Notes: generated by a model from the letters alone, not told the origin. A stretch of 64,000 nucleotides of DNA from Candidatus Latescibacterota bacterium (GCA_965223905.1 CBDCXV010000011.1:128001-192000), one strand, 5' to 3'. Shown: positions 49,025-59,110, numbered from the stretch's first letter. Numbers and translations: made by a program.

Positions 49025-49987
49025 GTGTGCGGATTCACCGCGATCTTTCCCGCCTTGGCAAAGACGGCCATTTCCCTTTCTCTGCTGTTACTGCTCCTCC
49101 ACCTGGTTGCGAGCCCGGGCGAGCTATTGGGAAATCTGCTCGCTGCCGAACCCCTGCTTCTGATGGTTGCCTTTGCCGGCAGCCTCGCCGGCGTGGCAAT
49201 CCAGTGGCGAAAATGGCACGAGCTCCTCGTTTCGATCCGACCGACGACCCGGGCCGATGAGAGCTTGCGCTCCCTGCTCGTGGGATTCTCCCTTGGAATG
49301 GTATCGCCGGGAAGGGTGGGGGAGCTGGGCCGCGGCGCCTTGTTCGAGGGACGCCGGGTCGAGGGCGTTGTCCTGGCCGGCGCCGACCGGGCCTGTTCGG
49401 CCGGAGTCACCGTCGTTGTCGCGGTCCTGGGGCTGGCCTTCATTAACCCGGCCGCCGCCCTGGCCTGTGGAGCGGGTTTGGCTGCAGCGGGAGGGCTCCT
49501 TCTCCGGCATGGGGGAGCATTACCGCCTCTTCTGCAGAAATGGACGGCCGCCACACCCTGGTTTTCAGCTGCCGGCAGGATGGCAACGGCGTTTGTCTCT
49601 ATCTCCAGGACTCTGTTTCTGCGCGTTCTGCTCTTGTCACTCCTCTTCAACCTGCTGTTTTTCGCCCAATTCTATCTATTGGCCCTGAGCTGGATCGAGT
49701 TGCCGCCGCAGGGGATCGCCGCCATTCCCATAATTTTCGGTTTGAAGACCCTCGCCCCTGTTGGATTCCTCGATCTCGGCCCCCGCGAGGCAGCCGCGGC
49801 TTTCGTCTTCTCGAGCATCGGCCTCGATCCGGTTGCCGCCATCAATGCTGCCCTTCTGCTCTGGCTGCTGAACGTGACCCTGCCGGCAGTCGCAGGCGGC
49901 GCCTGGATATCGGTAGAGGCGGCGGCAAAGCTGTTTAAAAGCGCCGGACGACCCCAGGCCTTCCCGCGAGCGAGTTTTCACCTGTGA
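49025..49987 (+). CDS. Lysylphosphatidylglycerol synthase TM / UPF0104 flippase-like membrane protein
   Basis: Polytopic protein with KW..LL, PGRVGELGR, DR and LGPREAA motifs. Confidence 0.78.
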   Translation: MCGFTAIFPALAKTAISLSLLLLLLHLVASPGELLGNLLAAEPLLLMVAFAGSLAGVAIQWRKWHELLVSIRPTTRADESLRSLLVGFSLGMVSPGRVGELGRGALFEGRRVEGVVLAGADRACSAGVTVVVAVLGLAFINPAAALACGAGLAAAGGLLLRHGGALPPLLQKWTAATPWFSAAGRMATAFVSISRTLFLRVLLLSLLFNLLFFAQFYLLALSWIELPPQGIAAIPIIFGLKTLAPVGFLDLGPREAAAAFVFSSIGLDPVAAINAALLLWLLNVTLPAVAGGAWISVEAAAKLFKSAGRPQAFPRASFHL

Positions 49988-50036
49988 GTGGTGCGCCTGC
50001 CCGGTCCTTCTGCGAGCTCGAGGGGACCGCAACCCG

Positions 50037-50705
50037 ATGACGGAAGCGGGGCTCCGCGAGGAAATCTGCGAGGTGGGTCGGCGGATCTACAACCTCGGCT
50101 TCGTGGCTGGAAACGACGGCAACATCTCGGCACGGCTCGGAGAGGATCGCCTGCTGTGCACGCCGACCGGCGTCAGCAAGGGGTTTCTCACTCCCGGGAT
50201 GCTCGTTGTATGCGACCTCGACGGCAACCGGGTCGATGGGGACCGGGAAGTCACTTCGGAGATCCTCATGCACACCGAGTCCTACCGGCTCAGACCGGAA
50301 ACCGGGGGAGTCGTGCACGCCCATCCGCCTACCGCAACCGGGTTCGCTGTCGCCGGTATCGAAATGATGGAATACATCCTGCCCGAGGTAATCGTGAATC
50401 TCGGGGGAATCCCGATGGCTTCGTACGGAACTCCGGGGGGTCCGGCGGTTGTCGAGCCGATGATTCCACTGCTGCGGAAAAACTACGACGCCCTGCTGCT
50501 GGCCAATCACGGCGCCGTGACCCTGGGAGCGGATCTGATGGATGCGCACTTCAAGATGGAGACCGTCGAGTTGTGCGCCCGCATCGCCCTCGTAGCACGT
50601 CAACTGGGTCGCACGAATACCCTCGACAACGACCAAGTACAGGCTCTTCGCGACAGGTTCGGGGCTGGGGGCAAACCGGACGCAGGAATGCGAACGGATT
50701 CCTGA
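50037..50705 (+). CDS. Class II aldolase/adducin family protein
   Basis: GNDGNISAR, TPTGVSKG, SEILMH, VVHAHPP and LLANHGA. Confidence 0.9.
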   Translation: MTEAGLREEICEVGRRIYNLGFVAGNDGNISARLGEDRLLCTPTGVSKGFLTPGMLVVCDLDGNRVDGDREVTSEILMHTESYRLRPETGGVVHAHPPTATGFAVAGIEMMEYILPEVIVNLGGIPMASYGTPGGPAVVEPMIPLLRKNYDALLLANHGAVTLGADLMDAHFKMETVELCARIALVARQLGRTNTLDNDQVQALRDRFGAGGKPDAGMRTDS

Positions 50706-50709
50706 AGCC

Positions 50710-51798
50710 ATGCCAGATCCCGACATGAAAGCGGTGAAGGTGATGCCTGTGAACGCTGTTCTTCTCGCCGTGGCGGTATTCCTGTGCAACCACGGACCGA
50801 CCTTTGATGCGGGGGCGCAGACTGCAGCGCCCGCGGACACCCAAGTCACCGAGCTGCCGCCGATGGTACGGCTGGTTCAGGAAGCGGAGTTTCTCGCCGG
50901 ACGCGGGCAGCTCAAACCCGCCATCGCTCGCTACGAAGAGGCGCTGAAACTGGGTGCCGGAAGCGCCGAGGTGCTCAACCGGCTCGGTACGCTCTACCTG
51001 GCGGATGGAAAGGTTGCAGAGTCGATCGCCGCCTTCAAGCGCTCCATGGCGGAAAGACCGGGCCAACTCCAGGTATATTCCACCCTGGGAGAGGCGTTCC
51101 TCGCCGCCGGGCAGCTCGATTCCGCCATCGCCGTCATAGAGAAAGCGCGCCGGCTGGCTCCACAGGTTTCGGCGATTCAGAGCTCCCTCGGGTTTCTCTA
51201 TATGCAGGCCGGAAACCGGTCGAAGGCCAAGACCCACCTCGACTCCGCCCTGCTTCTCGACGACCGCAATCCGGAAGCGCACCGCTACCTCGGGTTCCAT
51301 TACACCCGGGTTGACTCGCTGGAGAGGGCGATCGTCCAGTATGAAACCGTAACGGAGCTGCTCCCGCGGGACGTCGAGGCCTACAACAACCTCGGCTTCC
51401 TGCACTCGCAACAGGGGCACTACTCCCGGGCACTGTCCTACTACCAGCGCGCCAAGGAGTTGTCAGCGGATCCCGACGTGATACATGCGATTAACCTCAA
51501 CATGGAAGCCCTGCGTGAAATCATGGCCGGCAAGCTGCGGGCCCGCATGATCCTGGTCGATTCCGAGGCCCAGGGCCGCGACCTGCTCAAGCGGATCGAG
51601 GCAGGTGAGGATTTCGGCCAGCTGGCCGTCAAGTTTTCGAAGGCCCCGAACGCCCGCGACGGCGGTGACCTCGGGTTCTTCGCGCCCGGGGACATGCTGG
51701 AGGCAGTAGAAGAGGAAGTGCTGAAACTGCAGGTCAACGAGGTGAGCGGGGTGATCCGCATTCCCCAAGGGGTGATGCTGCTGCAGCGGCTGAATTGA
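50710..51798 (+). CDS. Exported TPR-repeat protein with C-terminal PpiC (parvulin) domain
   Basis: Signal peptide and several TPRs (EAYNNLG...), then GEDFGQLAVKFS..NARDGGDLGFF. Confidence 0.85.
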   Translation: MPDPDMKAVKVMPVNAVLLAVAVFLCNHGPTFDAGAQTAAPADTQVTELPPMVRLVQEAEFLAGRGQLKPAIARYEEALKLGAGSAEVLNRLGTLYLADGKVAESIAAFKRSMAERPGQLQVYSTLGEAFLAAGQLDSAIAVIEKARRLAPQVSAIQSSLGFLYMQAGNRSKAKTHLDSALLLDDRNPEAHRYLGFHYTRVDSLERAIVQYETVTELLPRDVEAYNNLGFLHSQQGHYSRALSYYQRAKELSADPDVIHAINLNMEALREIMAGKLRARMILVDSEAQGRDLLKRIEAGEDFGQLAVKFSKAPNARDGGDLGFFAPGDMLEAVEEEVLKLQVNEVSGVIRIPQGVMLLQRLN

Positions 51799-51992
51799 AG
51801 AACGGCCGGAAGCAGACCAACTGCTTCCGGCCGCAAGGGAGGGTGCGAGCCCAGACCGGTAGGGCCCGCATCAGGTAGGACGCCGCAGGGGCCCAAGGGT
51901 TCCGCTTTATGTACCCAGCACCGAACAAAACCGTCGCTGTCGGGCAGCACATCTGAAATACAACCCACACATGGGGTGCAAACTTATTGTTC

Positions 51993-52018
51993 TACAAATA
52001 GATACAAATAGATACAAA
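51993..52018. repeat. 10-bp tandem direct repeat TACAAATAGA, about 2.6 copies, in the AT-rich thiT leader
   Basis: TACAAATAGA TACAAATAGA TACAAA read directly from the sequence. Confidence 0.85.
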
Positions 52019-52215
52019 ATTTTTATGACACAGTTTTCAGAGATGGCGTTCGGGTGTGGATCCGGAACCTTTATAACAGCAGGGCCAGCTTGGACCCCGA
52101 ATCGGGAGCCAGAAGCAAATCCCCGGCTACAAGGACTCTCCTGGAGAATTGCGATCCTGAAGGGTGCACGACCCCACCTGAACCGAGCGGGAAATTGCTA
52201 CGGGCATCCTTTCTA

Positions 52216-52767
52216 TTGAGCCGTTCCTTCTCGATCCGGGTGCAGGCGGAACTCTCCTTCGCCATTGCGCTGGCAGCGGTGCTGGGCCTCGTCAAGCTCA
52301 AGCTTCCCCACCTCCTCTACGGAGGCTCGGTGAGCCTGGATACGGTTCCATTGTTCGTCGCCGCCCTCAGGCACGGTCCGTTGGCAGGGGGGATGGCAGG
52401 CCTGGCATACGGTGTCGTTCACTTCGCCATGGCCCCCTACTTCGTGCATCCGATCCAGTTGGTTCTGGATTACCCCCTGGCCTACGCGACGGTGGGAATC
52501 GCCGCCCTTGCAGCCCTTGGGCGAGCCCCGGAAAAACCCCTTGGCTGGCCTCGCCTGGCCGTGGCAATCGCAGTTGCCGAGGCGATTCGACTGGGCCTCC
52601 ACTTCCTGTCCGGCGTCGTCTACTTCGGCCACCTGGCGCCGCAGGGCATGGAGGTATGGCGATATTCCCTGGGGTACAACGCCAGCTACCTCGTCCCCGA
52701 GGCCGTCCTCGATATCCTGCTCGTGCCCATGGTGCTGCGCCGACTCCCCCCTTCGGGAGGAGCCTGA
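52216..52767 (+). CDS. thiT: Energy-coupled thiamine transporter S component ThiT
   Basis: YGGSVSL, HPIQLVLDYPLA, HFLSGVVYF...AP.G and YSLGYNASY. Start placed at TTG 52216. Confidence 0.88.
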   Translation: MSRSFSIRVQAELSFAIALAAVLGLVKLKLPHLLYGGSVSLDTVPLFVAALRHGPLAGGMAGLAYGVVHFAMAPYFVHPIQLVLDYPLAYATVGIAALAALGRAPEKPLGWPRLAVAIAVAEAIRLGLHFLSGVVYFGHLAPQGMEVWRYSLGYNASYLVPEAVLDILLVPMVLRRLPPSGGA

Positions 52768-52807
52768 TCCGCATGCTCGGCAAACTTTCTTACCCTGGAG
52801 GAATTTC

Positions 52808-53999
52808 GTGAACCTTGAAAAGAAAATACCTGCAAGACTCGATCCGTCGCAGCGCCTGCTCATGGGCCCCGGGCCGAGCAACGTCCACCCACGTGTGTAC
52901 GCCGCCTTGGCGGCCCCCGTGGTCGGGCACCTGGACCCACAGTTTCTCGATGTGATGGAGGACTCGAAAAATCTTCTCAGGCAGGTGTTTCAGACGCAGA
53001 ACCGACTGACCATCTCGGTTTCCGGCACTGGAAGCGCAGGAATGGAGACATGCTTCACCAACCTCATCGAGCCTGGGGACCAGGTCGTTGTATGCGCCTG
53101 CGGGGTTTTCGGCCAGCGCATGCAGGATGTCGCGGAGCGCTGCGGTGCCGAAGTCTTCACGGTGGCTGCGAAATGGGGCGGCCCGGTCTCCCCGGACGAG
53201 GTCGCGGAGACACTCCAAAAAATCCAGGGCGACGTAAAGCTCCTGGCCATAGTGCACGCCGAGACCTCGACCGGGGTCTTGCAGCCCCTGGAAGAGATAG
53301 CCGCCCTCGCTCGCGGCCGCGGGGCCCTTCTCGTCGTCGACGCCGTCACTTCGCTGGCAGGCATCGACATCGGGGGGTGGACTCCCTAGGCATCGATGCC
53401 TGCTACAGCGGCACCCAGAAGTGCCTGAGTTGTCCCCCCGGACTATCACCCGTAACCCTGAACGACCGCTGCCTCGACCTGATCCGCAACAGGCGGGAGA
53501 AAGTTCAGAGCTGGTACCTCGACCTGTCGATGATCGAGCAGTACTGGGGAAGCGACCGCGTGTATCACCACACCGCTCCGGTGTCGATGAACAACGCCCT
53601 CAGAGAGGCACTGGCCCTCGTTCTCGAGGAGGGCCTGGAAGCTCGCTGGACGCGGCATGCGAAGAATCACCAGTGCCTTGGTCCGCGGACTGACGGCGAT
53701 GGGCCTCGACCTCGTCGTCGAGGAGCCCTTCCGGCTCCCCATGCTGACGACGGTGCGGATTCCCGACGGGGTCGACGACGCCGCTGCCCGACGCCGCTCT
53801 GTTGGAGGAGTTCAACATCGAAATCGGCGGGGGGCTCGGCGACTTCAAAGGAAAGGCCTGGCGCCTCGGTCTGATGGGACACACCTCGAGCCTGGAGAAT
53901 GTATTTCTCTTTCTCGCGGCCGCGGCAGCCGTGCTGCACGGCCAAGGAGTGGCCGCGGATGCCGGTGAGGCGCTCGAGGCCGCCCTGTCCCCGGGTTGA
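52808..53999 (+). pseudogene. Alanine--glyoxylate aminotransferase (class V) interrupted by three frameshifts
   Basis: [26 protein letters not shown] and DAVTSL in one frame; [11 protein letters not shown] and YHHTAP in a second; RLPMLTTV in a third segment; EIGGGLG...WRLGLMG in a fourth. Shifts at about 53372-77, 53675 and 53798. Confidence 0.85.
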
Positions 54000-54233
54000 G
54001 CCCGGTTTTCGGGACGCCTCCCAGAAAGTAGATGGATACAGTTCGGGACGTGCTGCGGCCTCGTCTGTAGTCCCCTCTGACAACAGCTGCTGGCGAGCGC
54101 TCGTTTTGCGGGTGGGGAAGGCTGCTCCATTTCTTGCAGGTGTCCTGCGCCAAAGGTAGATTTTGAACCTTTCCCCCGAAGGGCGGAACCCGGAATCGGC
54201 GCGACTTCCAAAACTTTGCACGACCGAAGGATC

Positions 54234-55586
54234 ATGGGGTATCAGGCCTGGTTTCAGTGCATCAAGTGCAACGAGACCTACCCGCTTACCGAAATGGTTT
54301 ACGAATGCGGGGAGTGCGGGGGTTTGCTGTCCGTCCAGCACGACATGACGGAACTGCGGAAGAAACCTGGGGCCGAATGGCGCGAGCTTTTCGACCGCCG
54401 CTACATGCGTAATGATTTTCCGTTCGGCAGCTCGGTCTGGGGCAAGCAGGAGATGGTTTGCCCCGAGGTCGAGGAAGAGAACGTCGTGTCGATGTACGAA
54501 GGGGGGAGCAACCTGTTCTGGGCGGAGAGGCTGGGCCGCGAGATCCGGCTGGAAGACCTCTGGGTAAAACAGTGCGGGAACAGCCATACCGGGTCGTTCA
54601 AGGACCTGGGAATGACGGTACTGGTCTCCATGGTGCGGCAGATGCGATCGGAGGGAACCGACATCCCGGCTCTCATCTGCGCTTCTACCGGGGACACCTC
54701 CGCCGCCCTGGCCGCCTACGGAGCAGCCGCCAGCATTCCGGTTATCACCTTGCTGCCAAAGGACATGATATCCCTTTCGCAGCTGATCCAGCCGATCACG
54801 AACGGTGCTCTTACGCTGTCGATCCGCACTGATTTCGACGGCTGCATGCGGCTCGTCCAGGAAATCTGCAGCCGCGAGAACCTCTACCTTGCGAACTCGA
54901 AGAACTCCCTGCGCATCGAAGGCCAGAAGACAGTTGCGATCGAACTGACCCAGCAGTTCGATTGGAAGATTCCGGACTGGATCGTCATCCCTGGGGGCAA
55001 CCTAGGAAACGTCAGCGCCCTGGGGAAGGGGTTTCTCGAAATGAGGGAGATGGGAATCATCGACGATCTGCCGGGCATTGCCGTCGCCCAGTCCGCCAAG
55101 GCCAACCCACTGTACCTCAGTTACCTGGACCACTTCGAGTCGTTCGCATCGCAACGTGCCGGCAGCACCCTCGCAAGCGCCATTCGCATCGGCAATCCCG
55201 TCAGTTGGGAGCGGGCGGTCCGCGTCCTCAGGCAGTTCGACGGTGTCGTGGAGCAGGCGACCGAGCAGGAACTGTCCGAAGCCGCTGCCCGGGCTGACCG
55301 CACCGGGCTTTTCACCTGCCCGCACACGGGAGTGGCGCTGGCAGCCTTGTTCAAGCTGGTCGAACGGGGCATCATCTCCCCGGACGACACTGTCGTCGTG
55401 ATCTCCACGGCGCACGGTCTCAAGTTTCCGAACTTCAAGATCGACTATCACTCCGACAATTTGCGCGAGGTTTTCGGCGTCGTTCCCCGGAACGCCAACC
55501 GGCCCGTCGAGGTCGACCCCGATTTCGAGCAGGTGCGCGCGACGGTGCTGAGATCGATCGATGCGGTTCCCACTCCAGCCGGTTGA
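54234..55586 (+). CDS. thrC: Threonine synthase, plant-type
   Basis: EGGSNLFWAER, SHTGSFKDLGMTVLVS, CASTGDTSAA, PGGNLGN, CPHTGVAL and STAHGLKF. Confidence 0.95.
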   Translation: MGYQAWFQCIKCNETYPLTEMVYECGECGGLLSVQHDMTELRKKPGAEWRELFDRRYMRNDFPFGSSVWGKQEMVCPEVEEENVVSMYEGGSNLFWAERLGREIRLEDLWVKQCGNSHTGSFKDLGMTVLVSMVRQMRSEGTDIPALICASTGDTSAALAAYGAAASIPVITLLPKDMISLSQLIQPITNGALTLSIRTDFDGCMRLVQEICSRENLYLANSKNSLRIEGQKTVAIELTQQFDWKIPDWIVIPGGNLGNVSALGKGFLEMREMGIIDDLPGIAVAQSAKANPLYLSYLDHFESFASQRAGSTLASAIRIGNPVSWERAVRVLRQFDGVVEQATEQELSEAAARADRTGLFTCPHTGVALAALFKLVERGIISPDDTVVVISTAHGLKFPNFKIDYHSDNLREVFGVVPRNANRPVEVDPDFEQVRATVLRSIDAVPTPAG

Positions 55587-56835
55587 ATTGGGGAAATCGT
55601 TGCCAGAGAAATCTGTCGACTCGCGGGAAGGGGAACCCACCGCCGCTGCGGACGCTCCATCCAGGGCGCGGCCCGGAGCATCGACGCGTTCCGTTCACGG
55701 GGGGGAGGATCGGGCAAAAGGAGCCAAGTCCCTGACCACCCCGATAGCGCAGACTTCGACCTTCGTCTTCGATACGCTCGACGAGTTCGAGGCCTACAAG
55801 GCGGGGGAGCGGACGCAGTACGAATACGGCCGCTACGGCAACCCGACCCTGGCCGCCGCGGAAAGTAAGCTCGCCGATCTCGACCACGCGGCGCAGGCGC
55901 TGCTGTTCTCCTCCGGGATGAGTGCCATCTCGACCGCGCTGCTGGCGATGCTGCGCTCCGGCCAGCACCTGGTCGTTATGGAGGACTGCTACCGGCGCAC
56001 CGTGCAGCTGTGCAACGTCCTGGGCAAATTCGGCATCAAGAGCAGCTTCGTGCGCCCCGGAGATTTCGACGAGCTGCAGCAGGCCCTGCAGCCGAATACG
56101 CGCCTGATCTTCACCGAATCTCCCACCAACCCGCATCTTCACGTCGTCGACCTGGAGAAATTGGTCTTCTTCGCCAGAGAGCGCCGGCTCAAGGTCCTGA
56201 TCGACAGCACTTTCGCAACGCCGGTGAACCAGTGTCCCCTCGACTTCGGCGTCGACCTCGTCTTCCACAGCGCCACCAAGTACCTCGGGGGACACAACGA
56301 CCTGATGGCGGGATCGGTGTGCGGCGCGGAGGGGATCATCTCTGCAATCAAGGAGTTCCGCGACATCGTCGGTACCATTGCCGACCCGCAGTCGAGCTAC
56401 CTGCTCATCCGGGGACTGAAAACCCTGGCCGTCCGCATGGCCAGGCAGAACGACAGCGCGCTGAGAATCGCAGCCTTCCTCGAAGCACACTCCAAGGTCA
56501 AGCGGGTCTATTACCCGGGTCTTCCCAGCCATCCCGATCACGAAGTCGCCAGAAGACAGATGCACGGGTTCGGGGGAGTCGTCAGTTTCGACCTCGACGG
56601 CGACCTGGAGACGGCGAGGAATTTCGTCCACAGGTTGACGATACCCTACCTGGCACCCAGTCTCGGGGGTGTCGAGACTCTGGTATCGCATCCGGCTACG
56701 ATTTCGTACTACGATCTGAGCTGGGAGGACCGGCAGGCCATCGGAATTACCGACGAGCTGATACGGTATTCCGTCGGCATCGAGGACCCCGAAGATCTCG
56801 TTGGTGACATGGCGTCGGCCTTGGCTGCGGTTTGA
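55561..56835 (+). CDS. metB: Cystathionine gamma-synthase, plant-type (start uncertain)
   Basis: EYGRYGNPT, SSGM, DCYRRT, FTESPTNP, HSATKYLGGHND and IPYLAPSLGG. Confidence 0.85.
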   Translation: MRFPLQPVELGKSLPEKSVDSREGEPTAAADAPSRARPGASTRSVHGGEDRAKGAKSLTTPIAQTSTFVFDTLDEFEAYKAGERTQYEYGRYGNPTLAAAESKLADLDHAAQALLFSSGMSAISTALLAMLRSGQHLVVMEDCYRRTVQLCNVLGKFGIKSSFVRPGDFDELQQALQPNTRLIFTESPTNPHLHVVDLEKLVFFARERRLKVLIDSTFATPVNQCPLDFGVDLVFHSATKYLGGHNDLMAGSVCGAEGIISAIKEFRDIVGTIADPQSSYLLIRGLKTLAVRMARQNDSALRIAAFLEAHSKVKRVYYPGLPSHPDHEVARRQMHGFGGVVSFDLDGDLETARNFVHRLTIPYLAPSLGGVETLVSHPATISYYDLSWEDRQAIGITDELIRYSVGIEDPEDLVGDMASALAAV

Positions 56836-57049
56836 GGAAAAAATCCTGCCCGGCGCGAAGGTTTGCGTATTCCTGATGGTGGTAGCGTTTCATCGATCCA
56901 AGATTTGGCGACGTTCTCACGGTTCCCGTTCCCCGGTTTTGGGCTAGTGTCCTGTCCAGTCAATATCTGCAATTCTTCCGCCGATCCATCCCGGCTCGCG
57001 GCCCAATTTTGGCAATCTATCTCCGGGACAGGACACTATTGGGTAGGCG

Positions 57050-58084
57050 ATGAAGGGTGAACCGGCCGGGATCCCGGCCTTCGAGCAGTCGTTTTCGGAA
57101 GTCGGTCCGCATCGGCCCCGGCGCCTGCGCGGAAACCGCCTCATCCGCAGCATGGTTCGCGAGACCAGCGTGCGGGTCGAAGACCTGGTTATGCCCTTCT
57201 TCGTCTGTCCCGGGGAGGGGGTGCAGCTCGAGATCCGGTCGATGCCGGGGAACCACCAGCTCTCGGTCGACCTCTTGGTCGAGCAATCCCGCGAGGTCGC
57301 CGGCCTGGGGATTCCAGCTGTCCTCCTGTTCGGGATTCCCGGGGAAAAGGATGCAGTGGGCACTTCCGGCTACGACCCGAACGGTATCGTCCCAGCGGCG
57401 ATTCGTGCAATCAAAGACGCCGGCCTGGACCTGCTCGTCATCGCCGACGTCTGCCTTTGCGAGTACACCGATCATGGGCACTGCGGCGTTCTCGGGGAGC
57501 CAGCGATCGCCGCCGGCCTCGAAGTCGACAACGATCGCACGGTGGAGTTGCTGGCGAAGGAGGCTCTCGTTTACGCCGAGGCCGGGGCTGACATGATTGC
57601 TCCCTCCGACATGATGGATGGGCGCATCGGCAGAATCAGGGCGGTTCTCGACGGCAACGGTTTTACGCACCTGCCGATCATGTCGTACGCGGCCAAGTAC
57701 GCCTCCGCATTCTACGGCCCGTTTCGGGAAGCTGCCGGGTCGGCGCCGCAGAGGGGCGACAGACGCGGCTACCAGATGGATCCCCCCAACTGCCGGGAGG
57801 CTATGCGGGAAATCGAGCTCGACCTGGCGGAGGGTGCCGACATCATCATGGTCAAGCCGGCGCTCGCCTATCTCGATGTGCTGCGCGAAGCCCGGCGGCG
57901 TTTCGATGTCCCCCTGGCTGCCTACAGCGTCAGCGGAGAATTCGCCATGGTCAAAGCCGCAGCGGAGAGGGGCTGGATCGACGAGGTACGCATCAGAGAC
58001 GAAATTCTGCTGGGTATCAAGCGGGCGGGGGCAGACCTGATCATCACCTATTTTGCCAGAGATGTCGCCGCCGGCCTCGCCTGA
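57050..58084 (+). CDS. hemB: Porphobilinogen synthase (Zn-type)
   Basis: RPRRLR, DVCLCEYTDHGHCG, APSDMMDGR, YGPFREA and MVKPA. Confidence 0.97.
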   Translation: MKGEPAGIPAFEQSFSEVGPHRPRRLRGNRLIRSMVRETSVRVEDLVMPFFVCPGEGVQLEIRSMPGNHQLSVDLLVEQSREVAGLGIPAVLLFGIPGEKDAVGTSGYDPNGIVPAAIRAIKDAGLDLLVIADVCLCEYTDHGHCGVLGEPAIAAGLEVDNDRTVELLAKEALVYAEAGADMIAPSDMMDGRIGRIRAVLDGNGFTHLPIMSYAAKYASAFYGPFREAAGSAPQRGDRRGYQMDPPNCREAMREIELDLAEGADIIMVKPALAYLDVLREARRRFDVPLAAYSVSGEFAMVKAAAERGWIDEVRIRDEILLGIKRAGADLIITYFARDVAAGLA

Positions 58085-58132
58085 TCAAGGAGTTTTCGTC
58101 GGCTCTTCGGGCGGTTGGACAGCGGTAGAGGG

Positions 58133-59080
58133 ATGATGAAGAACTACCTGAAAATCATGGCGGGATCGAGCAATCCGAAGCTCGCCAGGGAAATCTGCGA
58201 ATATCTCGACTGCCCCCCCGGACGTCTGTCGGTCGATCGCGCCTCGAACGACACCATCAAGGTGCAGATCAACGAGAACGTCCGGGAAGACGACGTCTTT
58301 GTCGTTCAAACCTCCTGTCCGCCGGTGAATGACAACTTCATCGAGCTCCTGCTCATCATCGACGCCCTGAAATACGCCTCGGCGCGCCGCATAACGGCGG
58401 TGTTGCCGTACTACCCATACGTGCGTTCTGACAAGAAGGACGAGCCGCGCATCTCGATCAGCGCGCGCCTCGTCGCCGATCTGCTTGAAACCGCAGGCGC
58501 CGACCGCATACTGACCATGACCCTGCACTCGCCCCAGATCGCCGCCTTTTCCCGTATCCCCGTCGATCAGCTGTGGGCGACCAACCTGTTGTGCAATCAT
58601 CTGTTGCGGACCCGGGATCTCAGCAACGCGGTGGTGGTTTCTCCCGATGTCGGCAGCGCCCACGAGGCGAACTATTACGCCCGCCGCCTCGAGCTTCCTC
58701 TTGCAATCATGGACAAAAGGCGCAAAGGAGACGACGAGGTCGCCGAGGTGCAGACCGTCATAGGCGACATCGAGGGCCGGGACGCACTCCTGTTCGATGA
58801 CGAGGTCCTGACCGGCAGCTCGATGATGGAAGCCATCCGCCTGCTCAAGGAGCGCGGGGCTCGACGCATCCTGGCCGGATGTACCCACGGCGTTTTTTCC
58901 GGTGATGCCATTGCACGCATCGAAGCCTCCCCGGTGGAGCTGTTTCTCAAGACCAACACGGTGCCGATGCCCGCCGAGTCAGAAACGGGAAAGATCGAAG
59001 TGATCTCGGTTGCCCGCCTTTTCGGCGATGCTATCAAGGCCATCCACCACGGCGAGTCGGTCAGCCGCCTGCTCGACTGA
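58133..59080 (+). CDS. prs: Ribose-phosphate pyrophosphokinase, paralogue 1
   Basis: PYYPYVRSDKK, TLHSPQI, SPDVG, DKRR, DDEVLTGSS and THGVF. Confidence 0.92.
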   Translation: MMKNYLKIMAGSSNPKLAREICEYLDCPPGRLSVDRASNDTIKVQINENVREDDVFVVQTSCPPVNDNFIELLLIIDALKYASARRITAVLPYYPYVRSDKKDEPRISISARLVADLLETAGADRILTMTLHSPQIAAFSRIPVDQLWATNLLCNHLLRTRDLSNAVVVSPDVGSAHEANYYARRLELPLAIMDKRRKGDDEVAEVQTVIGDIEGRDALLFDDEVLTGSSMMEAIRLLKERGARRILAGCTHGVFSGDAIARIEASPVELFLKTNTVPMPAESETGKIEVISVARLFGDAIKAIHHGESVSRLLD

Positions 59081-59110
59081 CTGTGCCGCACCCAAACCTC
59101 GAGGACCGAC

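Noticed and set aside
54000-54233. Possible SAM riboswitch or attenuator upstream of thrC-CGS
   Set aside because: No SAM-I core (ATCxAGAG...GCAACC...GTGC) and no Thr-rich leader peptide is visible.
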